NCBI GenBank assembly: GCA_002269645.1
Contig: NIVC01001806.1
Span: 1 to 33,275, forward strand
Length of the DNA stretch: 33,275 nt
Reading direction: 5' to 3'
DNA from: Macrostomum lignano
Taxonomy: Eukaryota
Both the position numbers and the translations under genes were made by a program. The notes beneath the pieces are model-generated. The model had not been told where the DNA came from. It saw nothing but the letters and a program-made list of their open reading frames with translations, and ran no database searches. Below, piece by piece: positions 1 to 23,281 of the stretch (positions are counted from its first letter, which is position 1; each line of letters starts with the position of its first letter).

Positions 1-348
1 CGTGCTGGCTACGATCGAGTCGTGGGGGTGGAAATTCTTCCGCATCCGCCTTATTCCTGGACTTAAGTCCATGCGACTTTTCCACTTCCTAGCATAAAGG
101 AGTCGATGCGGGGCAAGCGTTTCAGCGCAGAGGAAGACGTGAATCGGGCCTACAAGGCTGGCATTGCCGCCAGCGAACAATGGCATGACTGCAGCATTGA
201 CGTGCTGGTGCGGTGTTGGGAGAAGTGCATTGAAGCTGAGGGCTCACACTTTGAGTGAATAGATGTTAAGGAAGACATTTGTAACTTTTCATGTTTCTAC
301 TTTTTATCGTTCTCAAGTTATTACAATCAGAAATTTTCTGACAACCCG
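1..348 (+). mobile_element. 3' end of a decayed mariner-type (Tc1/mariner) DNA transposon, truncated by the window start
   Basis: With frameshifts, 1-258 reads ...EILPHPPYS(x)DLSPCDF...KESMRGKRFSAEEDV...WEKCIEAEGSHFE* (stop 256-258). This matches the mariner YSPDLAPSD motif and typical C-terminus. It is followed by a mariner-like end ...TTTTCTGACAACCCG|TA (TA at 349-350). The left TIR is outside the window. Confidence 0.85.
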
Positions 349-1532
349 TACTCGACTACCATGCATGCAGCTGAAGTCACCAGAAGGTGCCACAGGTTGT
401 TTGGGATCGGCCAGCAGGCCATTTTTAGTGCTGCGCCATGCTTAGTCTGGCATTAATCGCCGATCCAAGTCTAAAAACAACAGGACGCCCTCTGGTAGAC
501 ATGCAAGAAGTATGGGACAATGATGAGGTCTCGGGAAGCTGGCTGATCAAGGAGAGTATTTATATGTAAGTTTGGTAGCATGCAGAATTGAGCTCTGCAG
601 TTACGGATTTGTCGATGTGCTTGGCGCGGTTGGCGTACACACAGATGACGTTGTGGCGCCTGTCCTCCAGAGCAAATTAAGAGGTATGACTGATGCGCTC
701 AGAGAAAGTTGATCGATCGAGAGGAGCAATCGGGAGGAAGCAATCCCCCCTGCGCGCACGTCACCTTGAATTGAGCAGAGGAGGTGAGGCTGTAAAACTT
801 TTTACCTAATAGTACAGACTGGCCTCTCGAGCGGCCTTTGGGCAGCCTGCGGCGATGCTCTTAGACTGAAAAATAGCGATTGCATGGCTTAAAGTATATA
901 TAAATACAGATGCTTAAGGTATTACTATACAATGCTCGTACATGTAGCAATTATTTGCAGTACTCATGCCGGACAGAGTTGCCAAAAATATACAAGATCT
1001 CAGCTATTTAAATAAAAACCTATTAGTACCCACTATTCTGTTACAAAAGGGGCAAATTTGTCGATGTGGCTGCTCTGATGTCGATGTCGATGTCGATGTG
1101 GACAGACAGTAATCTTCGTGGCGGAGTTGCTTTTTGGTAAACCGTCAAGCTTTTAAAACAAAGGTTAAAACATTTGACCCATCTTATGTCTGCAAGTAAG
1201 TTCCAAAAGGCACAATATAGGTTTATTAAAGTTGCTAATGAAATAAAAATTGTCAAAGTTGTAGATATAATTTTATAATGAATTCTCAGCACGTGTTGAT
1301 TTTCGTTTTTAATTTAATATTTCTTTGACATTTAATTTTTTTTTGGTCGGTCGTCTTTTCGACTTATACTGTTAGAGTTTAGTTATATCAAAAATAGATA
1401 TAATCTAAAAAAATCAACCGTAGACTCTGTAAAATAATTACGATTACCCTTACCACAACTAGCTTAATTTAATTTGATAGACAGGTGACGGTATTAACTT
1501 TTGATTTTTTCTATTGATCTTACTAGAACTAG

Positions 1533-12649
<11,117 letters not shown>

Positions 12650-15324
12650 ATCTGGGCACAGACCACACAGGGACTCTGAGGGAACTTGCTCTCTGTGCTC
12701 AAATGAGCATAATGGCTTCATTTGTATCTTTCCGAAGGCCCGAAATCTGAGGGGAGCTGAGACTGAGACGCATGTAGACTGCAGCAGTAATACTAGTCCT
12801 GCAGTATTACCCGTAATGCAATATTACTGTCATGTAATGTTACTGGTAATGCAACATTACTGGTCATGTAATACGAGTACTACTAGTAATACAATATTAC
12901 TGGTCTTGTAATATTACTGGTAATGTAATATTACTGAACAGTAGAAACAACAACAGGGGCACTCGGGAATTGTCTTGATGTATCATTTTAATCCTTATTT
13001 AATTGTCTATTAACCAATATTTACCCTATAATGCAGGATGCAACTCTTGTGCATTTGCACTGCCAGAATAATAGAATTGTACATGAGTGCTGCATTTTGT
13101 GAACAATTGCATCGCTGATTTGCTTTCATTTTTCATAAGAAAACCTCATAAAAACCGTGCTTAGGCGCTTCTTCTATTCCAATAATCGCGTTTTGTGCGC
13201 TCCGTAGTTAGCCGACTTTTCGTTGATTGAGCTTCTATTTATTTGACAGCATGCGGTTCATTCACGTCAGGATTTTTTGCTGTTGTTTTTAACTCCCCAT
13301 GGTGTCGTCCTTTCGCTGTTTTTTTTAAATTAAACAAATAAACAGCTCATTGTGTGCCGAGTCCGACTGACTATAATGTCAACAGCGGCTAGCAAACTTT
13401 TCAACAAAAGGTACCTTCAGGCCATAGATCTTATATTCTCTCTGTATATATGATCTTTGCTTCAGGCCCTGAATTCTCAATTAAAAAATTATCTACAGGG
13501 GGCGCTCGACGACGCAACTGTCTAAAGCAAAAACCTCGATTCACTCCACACACCACTAAGTATGAATAAGTACTGTACATGTATATGGAAAGAAGCTTAT
13601 TGCGTACAAGATATTCCCACTCTATTCTTGCCTTTTAATGCCACAGACTACATCAAAATTAGCGGGCAGTTAAGTATCAAGGACCACTAGAAGAAGACAA
13701 CCAAGAGACCTGAGCCTATAGTATGAAGTTAGCCAAGCAACTTCTAATGCTTGGTTTTCTGACACTCGAAGTATTTTGTCAATTGTTTTGGATTCAATCA
13801 CTCCGTCCATTCAATTAAAGTAGTTTAGAATATACTGACAATACTTAGGACTGCCAACCCAAAGGAAAAGGGGCGCCATCATCGCCAGCCACAAGAAGTT
13901 ATTAGACTATTCTTTAGAATTCTCGCCTAAATTCCTAAAATTTCTTTTGATTGCCCTTAGTCCTCATCTAGACTCAAATGCCCGCTGACTTCGTTAGTTG
14001 TATTTTTTCATTTTTACTTATTTTAGCTTACTATACTACATTCTGAGGAAATTAATAGCCTAAACTCACGCATCTAAAGGAAGACTTTGTTTGAATTGAT
14101 TGTAAAATTTCGCGTAAATTTGGTATGAAAAATTTGAGTAAAGTTCAGCAATGTTCTATTGATCTTCAGATTGAGACTTGACAGTCTATCTACTTTACCA
14201 AAAATATATTTTTTTGATATATATATGTATATTCTTGTAAGGTTAAGATTTTTTTTTAAAACTAACAGGATTTTTAACATAAAACAAGTAGCTAAAAATG
14301 CAGTAGTTATTAGTTTGCTATAGTGCAGGTCGGCTTGCATGGTCCCAGGTCAATTCGGTGACAAGACATGTCGGTGACAACAACTTCGGTGACAACTTGG
14401 GACGTTTCGGTGACACCAGTGGTCAATTCGGTGACAAGCTTTTTAGACTTGATTTGACTATTTTTCGTTGTTAAATATTAAAATATTGCTGTTAATAAAC
14501 TCTTATTAAAGTAATAAAGGTTCGTATGCTATCAATTATCATTTTGTTTGAGTGCGTTTCGAGGCATAACACTTAATGTTTAACAGCGCGCACTTAATTT
14601 TATCCATACTTTTAATTTTTCAACTCAAGTCAACGAGAATTGATGTTTCGATTTTTTATACTACATCTACATTTACATGTATTGTAGATGTACATGTACG
14701 TCTTAAAAGCCATTGAACGAGTTCAGAAAACAACTGTATATCTATAGGACTATAGCGTAGCTTATGACTGTACATGTTTTTATGTGCTAATTCAGGGACT
14801 ATAACTTATAAGGCAAGGGGCGCCAATAGGGGCGGACGTACCCGTGGATAGAGCTTGATAGAACTTATTGAGCCCCCAAAACCTAAGTTTGCACCCTTTA
14901 AAAACTAGATTTTTCGCCTCCTACACGCATTTTTGCACCCCTAGCTTAAAAATTGGCGCCCCTCATACTCATGAATAATTGGGCCCAAAACTAAGACCGA
15001 CGCCCCCCGCCCCCTCCCCCCTTTGATGTATAGTCAAAGGCTATAGTTTCTTATTGGTGTCTGATTTTCGTAAACAAATTTATTGTGGTTGTTACTAAAT
15101 CAAGTTATTTCAAAGCAATTAGTTACAGTACGTACAGTGTAAGTATATGAAATTAATCGATAGTATAATGAGCTGAATGATACATCTAGTTCAGTTATTT
15201 AGCAGTGTATTTTAGCAAGGATAGAGAAACAGTACACATATTTGCACCAAAAAGGCGTCAACACAAGTCGACACAACATGTACAGTACAATATAATGAGT
15301 ATACGAATGAGAATGAGAGTAATT

Positions 15325-15441
15325 CAGCTGGCGCAACCAGCTGGGGGGAGGGCGGTTGCCCCTCCTTCGGGGGACCGGAAAAAATCAAAGGGGACCAAGC
15401 GAATGATTCGCCCCCTCAACAAATTTCTGGTTGCGCTACTG
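15325..15441. mobile_element. 117-bp MITE-like hairpin inside the MULE
   Basis: CAGCTGGCGCAACCAG ... CTGGTTGCGCTACTG imperfect inverted ends. Confidence 0.45.
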
Positions 15442-15565
15442 CGAGAGTACATGGTATACGCGAGTAGTATAGTTCCCTAAATATCCGGCCTTGATTCTAG
15501 TACATGCACAGTCTAGTGTATATGTCTAGTACATATGTAGTCTTTGGTGCAACACAGTCGTCATG

Positions 15566-16306
15566 TCACTTCGGATTAAAGAGACGACCACAGGATTTAA
15601 GCAGCCGCCGAGTGCTTCGAGTACCTTGTTCATGTTCCGCCCAGTAGCGAAACAAACGAGACTGAACTGTGCGGTAGCCTTGCCGCTGCTCTCGACGCAG
15701 TACCCCTCTGGACAGCAGGTGAGCCTGGAGTGGCACCAGGATAGCTTCCTCGTGGAGCAGTTGCAGCAACAGATAGAACTGGAGGTTGCGACTCCCAGCT
15801 TTACGGTTTAGGCGATAGTGCCAGCCCTCCAGGTCGTTGTTGGTCCTGATGGGCTGACCAAACACGCAAATGTCATCCGCTTTCCAGTTGCTGCCTTCGC
15901 CCAACCATGTACTGCCAATGTACTCGCATAGTTCCTGCAGTCTTTCGTCTGCCTGAGCAGCTTGCGAAGCTCGGAGGCTTTCAAACACCTCGTTAATCTC
16001 GTCACGTGGCAGGTACGGCAGTGCCATCAACTTCTGGACGAACCGTTCTGTGCCATCATCATCACGATAGGACTGCTGCAGACCCAGGTTCTGAACTTTT
16101 CGCCAGACTGCCTGTGTCCAGTGGAAATTGCAGCCCTGCACTTCAGCCTGCGGAAAGATGCGTCGAACCGCCTTCCAGGCTGGCTGCTCATAGTCGAGAA
16201 CGAATCTCGCGGGTGAGAAATCGGGAGCGAATCTTCGAACTTCCCTTAAAATGGCTTTGTAGTCCCGGGTTCGTCTCCCAGACATGATAATGAAGGCCAA
16301 TGGTAC
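15566..16306 (-). CDS. Transposase exon 3 (VPLAF...; second D, CxxH, catalytic E)
   Basis: aacag|GTA CCA TTG ... stop at 15566. Confidence 0.92.
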   Translation of the reverse strand, partial: VPLAFIIMSGRRTRDYKAILREVRRFAPDFSPARFVLDYEQPAWKAVRRIFPQAEVQGCNFHWTQAVWRKVQNLGLQQSYRDDDGTERFVQKLMALPYLPRDEINEVFESLRASQAAQADERLQELCEYIGSTWLGEGSNWKADDICVFGQPIRTNNDLEGWHYRLNRKAGSRNLQFYLLLQLLHEEAILVPLQAHLLSRGVLRREQRQGYRTVQSRLFRYWAEHEQGTRSTRRLLKSCGRLFNPK

Positions 16307-18088
16307 CTGTTTTTGGTTTAAATAAAACGGCTTTTAGAAAAAAAATTAAATATATAGGATGCATAAACTATGATTTGCGTATTCCGCTACTAAGAGTAAC
16401 ACCATTTGATTTAGAGTTTCTTTGCTATGCCTCCATGCTTTATACTTGGTGGGCTTTATACTTTATGCTTTATACTTTATAAGCGTTTCAGTAGGAACTT
16501 AATTATTACCTGTTTTATTTGTCCTTCCGCCCTCAGAAAACCGTGAAGTGAATAGAGCTGCACAAAAGGCCTTCTTACGATTGAGAAGGTTCCGTCCATG
16601 TAGATGTCGGAAGTTTTTTTCAACAAAGCAATCTGTTGCTCAGTCGCAAAGACAAGGTGACGACGGTCCCCAACTCGAACATCGCTTCTGTAAAAGCCAT
16701 CGGGAATCGCTTCGTGCTGCAGCTCAAAGTTTAATGTCTTTGGCTCCTCTGGCCGTTGCCTTTCTCGAAAACGATTAGCTGTTCTAGCAAGATTCGCTGG
16801 ATTTGGCAAGTTTTTAGCCTCTGACGAACGATAACTGTGTAGAAGTCGCTTCTCAGATAGAGCCGCAGCAGATTTGAAGACATCCGCAGCTGCTGATGTC
16901 TTCACGTCTCGAATAATTTTTCGTACTGCACAAGCATCAGCTGTTGGTGCATGGCAGTGGTTCCTTTTTCCTGGTCGGAAGTCTTCACCGGCTCTGCGAT
17001 TTAGGGTCGCACAGCATGGCGTATGTCGATTGCGCTGAGTGCATCTGTAGTATTCGTGATCACCACGCCTACGGTGAAAACCATAGCTGTATCCTTTTGA
17101 GGAAACAACAAGGACTGAACCTCTATTGCTTCCGTTTTGAAGTACCTCAAATGTCTCTGGACGATTGTGATCAGCGACTGGTTGAGGGTCTGGGTCTTCA
17201 ATCGATGAATCAGCAGTAGCAGCAACTTGGATCTCAACATCGCTCTCTACCTCATCACTTTCGCTACCACCGGCAGCAGCAACTTCGATTTCGGCATCGC
17301 TCTCTACCTCATCACCACCGGCAGCAGCAACTTCGATTTCGGCATCGCTCTCTACCTCATCACCACCGGCAGCAGCAACATCGATTTCGGCATCGCTCTC
17401 TACCTCATCACCACCGGCAGCAGCAACTTCGATTTCGGCATCGCTCTCTACCTCATCACCACCGGCAGCAGCAACATCGATTTCGGCATCGCTCTCTACC
17501 TCATCACCACCGGCAGCAGCAACATCGATTTCGGCATCGCTCTCTACCTCATCACCACCGGCAGCAGCAACTTCAACCTCAGCATCGCTCTCTACATGTA
17601 CCTCCTGAGTAGTGCAGATCATGCAGCACCAAGAAAAAGAACTCTTCTTCATCAACTTCTTATACTGTGCAGCAGAAATGAACGATGCTCCTAAAATAAA
17701 AAGCAAAAACAATTTCAGCCATTTATCATCTCTCCACATACCCTCTCTCCTCTCTACCTCCTCTCCCCACCTTCTCTTCCCTACTCTCTTTTCCTCTTCA
17801 CTCTCTCCACTACCTTCTTCCCCTCTACCCTCTCTCCCCACCTTCTCTCCCCTACCCTCTTTTCCTCTTCACTCTCTCCTCTACCTTCTCCCCCCTCTAC
17901 CCTCTTTCTCCTCTTCCATTTTAAGAGTGAATGCACACTAAGTTGATGGAATGCAGAATATAGGGCATAAACTTACCAGTCAAACACAGTCGATGGAACC
18001 AATGTTTGCACTTGTCACAATTTAATGCAGGCTCCTCGTCAGTTACTGCTCTGACACACGCTGGACAGACGTCTTCTTCGACTTCCAT
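15566..18088 (-). CDS. PHD finger-acidic repeat-FLYWCH-MULE DDE transposase; complement(join(15566-16306,16510-17690,17977-18088)), 677 aa
   Basis: ATG at 18088; GT-AG introns 17976-17691 (phase 1) and 16509-16307 (phase 0); no stops. PHD: CPAC..CDKC..WFHRLC|..WCCMIC. FLYWCH-like: GYSY..YYRC..C..HCH. MULE: YMDGTF, VLDYE, CNFHWTQA, TNNDLEGWH. Confidence 0.9.
16510..17690 (-). CDS. Transposase exon 2 (end of PHD, acidic repeats, FLYWCH, first catalytic D)
   Basis: tttag|GA GCA ... CAG|gtaat. Confidence 0.9.
17221..17597 (-). repeat. 48-bp coding minisatellite x about 8 (VESDAEI[D/E]VAAAGGDE) within the transposase
   Basis: In-frame tandem units in exon 2. Confidence 0.95.
17720..17915. repeat. 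CT-rich low-complexity tract in transposase intron 1
   Basis: Almost pure C/T on the + strand. Confidence 0.85.
17977..18088 (-). CDS. Transposase exon 1 (MEVEEDVCPACVRAVTDEEPALNCDKCKHWFHRLCLT-G), N-terminal part of PHD finger
   Basis: Ends G|gtaagt; phase fits exon 2; not in the ORF track. Confidence 0.85.
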
Positions 18089-18832
18089 CAGACAATTGAG
18101 CTGGTATTCTTTATCTAGCTAGTTGCTTTTTAGATGCAGAGAAGATATTAAGTCGATATTCTTGAGTGTTAAAGAGTAAATATATTATAGTGCGCCGACT
18201 GGTAGCTATGGGTCTTGCGTTCAATTGCTTCTGTACAAGTATGGATATAGGACGCATGCGCAATATACATGTAATGTGATGGCGTTTTAACCAATAGAAT
18301 ATCACAATATCACAGAATTTCGATTGCGTAGAAAGTAAGCAATTCTGATTGACCACATCCGTTTAGATTACCTAGCATAACTTAATGCTGGTTCTGTGAT
18401 TCGTGGATTTAGCGGTTAGCAACCAGTCATTGTGATGTAATGAGTGCCAACAAGAGCGCAGCAATTTTCTTATATAGTATAATTATCACATTCACTTAAC
18501 TGTGTTGCTGAATGAACAAATAAGTGTTATTCATTTACTAAATGTAGAAGACCAAGTTTTGTATGACTTTACATTTGTACACATGTGTTTATGTTAACAT
18601 GGTCACGATCGCCACGACCATAAGTTCACAGTACAGCTTTGTCAATAAGCGCCAGAATTAATTAAATGATAAATTTCAAGCCAACTCATCCATAATCTAT
18701 ACTCTGTGAGGCGCACATACAGTAGCGGATCTAAAATTTCATTTGGGGGCCGAAGGGGGGCCGGGGCGTCGGTCCAAGTTTTGGGCCCCAATAATTCATG
18801 AGTGGCGCCAATTTTTGGCGTGGCATCAATGA

Positions 18833-19104
18833 GGGGCGCCAATGAGGGGTGGCGTGGCGTCAATGAGGGGCGCCAATGAGGGGTGGCGTGGCGTCAATGA
18901 GGGGCGCCAATGAGGGGTGGCGTGGCGTCAATGAGGGGCGCCAATGAGGGGTGGCGTGGCGTCAATGAGGGGCGCCAATGAGGGGTGGCGTGGCGTCAAT
19001 GAGGGGCGCCAATGAGGGGTGGCGTGGCGTCAATGAGGGGCGCCAATGAGGGGTGGCGTGGCGTCAATGAGGGGCGCCAATGAGGGGTGGCGTGGCGTCA
19101 ATGA
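18833..19104. repeat. 34-bp GC-rich minisatellite (GGGGCGCCAATGAGGGGTGGCGTGGCGTCAATGA) x8 at the inner edge of the right MULE TIR
   Basis: 272 bp = 8 x 34. Confidence 0.95.
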
Positions 19105-20127
19105 GGGGCGCCAATTTTTAAGCTAGGGGTGCAAAAATGCGTGTAGGAGGCGAAAAATCTAGTTTAAAGGGTGCAAACTTAGGTTTTGGGGGCTCAATAA
19201 GTTCTATCAAGCTCTATCCACGGGTACGTCCGCCCCTATTGGCGCCCCTTGCCTTATAGTCCCTGAATTAGCACATAAAAACATGTACAGTCATAAGCTA
19301 CGCTATAGTCCTATAGATATACAGTTGTTTTCTGAACTCGTTCAATGGCTTTTAAGACGTACATGTACATCTACAATACATGTAAATGTAGATGTAGTAT
19401 AAAAAATCGAAACATCAATTCTCGTTGACTTGAGTTGAAAAATTAAAAGTATGGATAAAATTAAGTGCGCGCTGTTAAACATTAAGTGTTATGCCTCGAA
19501 ACGCACTCAAACAAAATGATAATTGATAGCATACGAACCTTTATTACTTTAATAAGAGTTTAGTAACAGCATATTTTAATATTTAACAACGAAAAATAGT
19601 CAAATCAAGTCTAAAAAGCTTGTCACCGAATTGACCACTGGTGTCACCGAAACGTCCCAAGTTGTCACCGAAGTTGTTGTCACCGACATGTCTTGTCACC
19701 GAATTGACCTGGGACCGCTTGCATCAGCATTGCATATACTTTCAACTCAACTCAAGTTAGGCCTATAACTTATATGTCCAGCCATAGCATAAGGGGATGA
19801 TACTGATAGGCATAGCCTAGGCCTAAACCCATAGGCATAGGCCATAGTCAGGATGATGTATCATCTGAGCAGAAAAAAAACATTTTTTGCTGTTTGGTAG
19901 ACATCCTAGGCCTACTCTGTGTTAGAAATTTAAGTCAGAAAGCTTTTTGATCAAAAATGCAAGTTCTGTACAATAATTGCTAGAGTTCCGGCACTGGAGC
20001 CCATTTTCTAATGGCTAGGCCTGGATCTGGCAATGCCATTATAGGGCCTAATGTAACAAGAACATTTTTTGCTATACATTGTGATTAAAATATAGCATAG
20101 GCCTAGCATTAGCTATCCTTAGGCTTA

Positions 20128-20338
20128 GCATATCAAGTGCAATAATCCTTGGCTTATCAAGTGCAATAATTTTTAGCTTATCAAGTGCAGTAATCCTTTG
20201 TTTATCAAGTGCAGTAATGCTTGGCTTATCAAGTGCAATAATCCTTGGCCTGCTTATCAAGTGCAATAATCATTGGCTTATCAAGTGCAATAATCCTTCA
20301 TTTATCAAGTGCAGTAATCCTTAGCTTATCAAGTGCAA
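20128..20338. repeat. Degenerate 24-bp minisatellite (TTATCAAGTGCAATAATCCTTGGC) x about 8
   Basis: Tandem units. Confidence 0.9.
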
Positions 20339-21973
20339 AAATCCAGGTGTTTTTAATTAGTCTTTTAATAAAATCTTTCAATAAAAAATGGCTACTTTTG
20401 TTACACTAGGCCCTAGGCCCTACTAAGATTTGAACCCAGGTTGCTCCATTAACAGTCCAGTCCATTCACCTCTAGGCTAGCTCTCATCAAATTTATAAAT
20501 GAATTTGTAGCACTTATAATTCAATACTCACACCATGTCAGGTAGAGTAAAAGTCACACAAAGCAGACAGAAAAAATTCTGATTGAATAGTGCAAGTTCA
20601 AACAAAATTGGTTGAGCTATTTTTGCTAAAATCAATTACATACCTCCTTGGATAGATAGGTACCTACTTATCAACAAACCATTTTTAGAATATGGATATT
20701 GTGTAGTTTGAAAAAATTACCAAAAACAAGAAAATGCCAATGAAAATTTAGTAAGTCTGTTTGAAATTTTAACAAGTAATACTTTGTAACTCTATCCTTA
20801 GTAGTAATGGCCAATCTAATGGAGAGGTAAAAGAGGCCATGACCCCCTCTTAACCATGGTAAAAAAGTAGGCTATACTTTTTTTGGCCTATAGGCCCCCT
20901 AACTATGCTAGGTATGTTTTTTACTATTGGGTTATAGTGCTTAGGATAGCTTGCCTTCCCCTTGAATTTTTTTTACATCTGCCTCTGTTTAGTAATAATA
21001 TTGGCCTGCAATTGATTTCTATAACTGACAATCACTCAACTCTACTGCTTTGCAGCAATCTTTTCCCATTTTTCAATGTAGAACCTCTTTAACTCATCTA
21101 GATTTCTAGGTCTGCAAGTGTGAACAGCTTTCTTTAGATCAAATGAGAGACTTTTAATAATGCTTAGATCTGAGCTTTGACTTGACCTATCAGATTTAGC
21201 TTTTTATTCTTAAATCATTCCTGGGTGGAATGCTTTGGGTCATTATCTTGCTGCATCAACCAATCATAATCAAGCTTTAGCTTTCTCATACTAAGCTAGT
21301 GTAGCAGAGCACTCAGTGCAGTTCAACAAATAAAAGAAAATAAATTGTAACTTAATTTAACTTTTAAATTTAGTATTAATTATTCCTAGTTATTAATTTC
21401 ATTGTAGTACTTGACAAATAATAATATAACTTATATATTAAAGTTACTAGGGCACAGTCTTGGCAGCAGTTGAGTTACTAAGTCTAGTATGCTAAATATA
21501 ATCTAATGTTTAATTTGGTTTGGGTTGGCTCTATAGCCTATAGGGGAAATAGTTTTGTTTGGTATCATTGGTACATGGCAACGAGGCACAATGAGTGCAA
21601 GGAGGGAGAGGAAAAGGCTATACCAAAAAGCACAAAACTCCCACACTCAAAACCATGCCAAAACTGACCCACTAAAATCTCCAAACCTACTGCAAAAAAG
21701 TGGTAACCAAAATAATAGACAGAATTTTTCCTAGAACAAATAAAAAGGCTTCTCCTTAGCCCCATATTAATTACAAGAAATCTATTTAAGCACAATAAAA
21801 AACAGAAGAAACTAAAAATTATAGCATAATGACATTGTCACATTACATTAGCATTAATAGCCAGTATTTCCTGATACATTACTAAGTTTATATGTCTATG
21901 ATTTTGGACAATATTTCCAATTCTACTTGCAATGCAGCCATCCCAAAGCAAGCATGATGTGCTATTTCTATGC

Positions 21974-22583
21974 TAGTGTTCTGTCATAAGGGGGTCCATA
22001 TGTTGTAGCCGTAGCCATAAGCAAAGCTATGGCTTATTCTAATTCTCTCTATTCTGTAGCTGTAGGGACCTCAATATTACCGATATTCCCATAGTTCCCA
22101 TAGCTGTAGCCAAAGTTTTAACAAAAAGTTTAGGAAACAAAATATTTTGAATCAAGAAGATAACCTGGTGCTTAAACAATTGCAAATAAAAATAGAAAAT
22201 AAAACAAACACCTGATTGTCTTTGTTAGATTAAATTTCTTCCTTTTTAAAGGGTAACAATACTTAACCACTACTGAAATTACTAATGCTGAACTTATTCA
22301 CATTGATAAAAGTTAGAGTTTGCTAGTGTTTTATTGTACTTTATTAAGTATAATCTATAAGTTTCTAGGTCTATAATAGAGTTTACTGAAGTATCTTTGT
22401 TTTACTCTACCTGGTTCTAATATTTTTTTAAATAAATAACTACAGCTATGGGAATCTATGGAATGTGACAACAACTATCTGTAAAGCGAGCTATCTAATG
22501 TAGGCATATCTGTAGTTGCCATAGGCACCTATTTTACCATATTTGCCATAAGATCCCATAGCCATAGCTATGGCAGAACACTA
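21974..22583. mobile_element. Old hAT-like MITE, 610 bp
   Basis: TIR TAGTGTTCTG[T/C]CATA (14/15 match); flanking 8-mers TTCTATGC and TACTATGC (7/8 match, eroded TSD); subterminal CCATAGC-type repeats. Confidence 0.65.
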
Positions 22584-23281
22584 TACTATGCTTTATAGTT
22601 AATATTATATTATTTTGCTTAAATGCCTCATTTGGCTTGCATCAAACATATTGAGCTGCAAAATGTGCCTAAAACAACTCAATGTTTGTCTCATCTGTCC
22701 ACAAGACATTTTGCTAATAGCTGTCTGGCTGCTGTAGAGCAAATTTTTGATGAGCTTGGTGACGCTTATTGGATAGAAAAGGCTTCTTGCAAGCAACTCA
22801 TATCTACAATATTTGTGACTGCATCATGCATTGTTTTAAATGATTGCAATCAGCATGTGTTTGCTACAAACATAAGGGTTTGCTAACTTCTGTGATGGCA
22901 GTTTTTTTGTTACTGGGCGATTGTGTCCAAAAAATGCAATATTTTTTTGCATGAAATTTACAAAACTATATTTAATAAGTGTTTATTTGAATAAAATCTG
23001 AGAATAGTTCATTCATGCTAAAAGAAATTAAAGTGTTTTTTTTTAAAATTCACAGCTTTTCTTGCAAGTGTATGCATGTAAGACTGGTAGAATTTCTATT
23101 GCAGATAGGAGCAGTTAAGCTTTTTTTAGTCAAAAGCTTCAATCCAAGTAACATTTTCCACTTGAAGTGTGACCGTCATTCATATGCTCAAGTATCTTAT
23201 GTGCAGCCAATCTCTGCCTTAAATTAATAACTTGAAATGAAAAGTAAAAATTGGAAATTGCAAAATGCACATTTGCTTTTT

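Larger units (their letters stand above)
14341..19716 (-). mobile_element. Apparently intact autonomous Mutator-like element (MULE, FLYWCH/Phantom-type), 5376 bp
   Basis: 8-bp TSD GCTTGCAT at 14333-14340 and 19717-19724. TIRs 14341-14966 and 19101-19716 start GGTCCCAGG and are near-identical (indels of 7, 2 and 1 bp plus at least one substitution). Encloses an intact spliced transposase. Confidence 0.95.

Noticed and set aside
13100-14100. Possible promoter or non-coding first exon for SMAP upstream of the MULE (donor-like AAAAG|GTACCT near 13411)
   Set aside because: No sequence-only evidence links it to SMAP; it needs transcript data.
16477-17841. 454-aa ORF with N-terminus MGREGRGEE...
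   Set aside because: The N-terminal part comes from the CT-rich intron; the true exon starts at 17690 and is spliced to the PHD exon.
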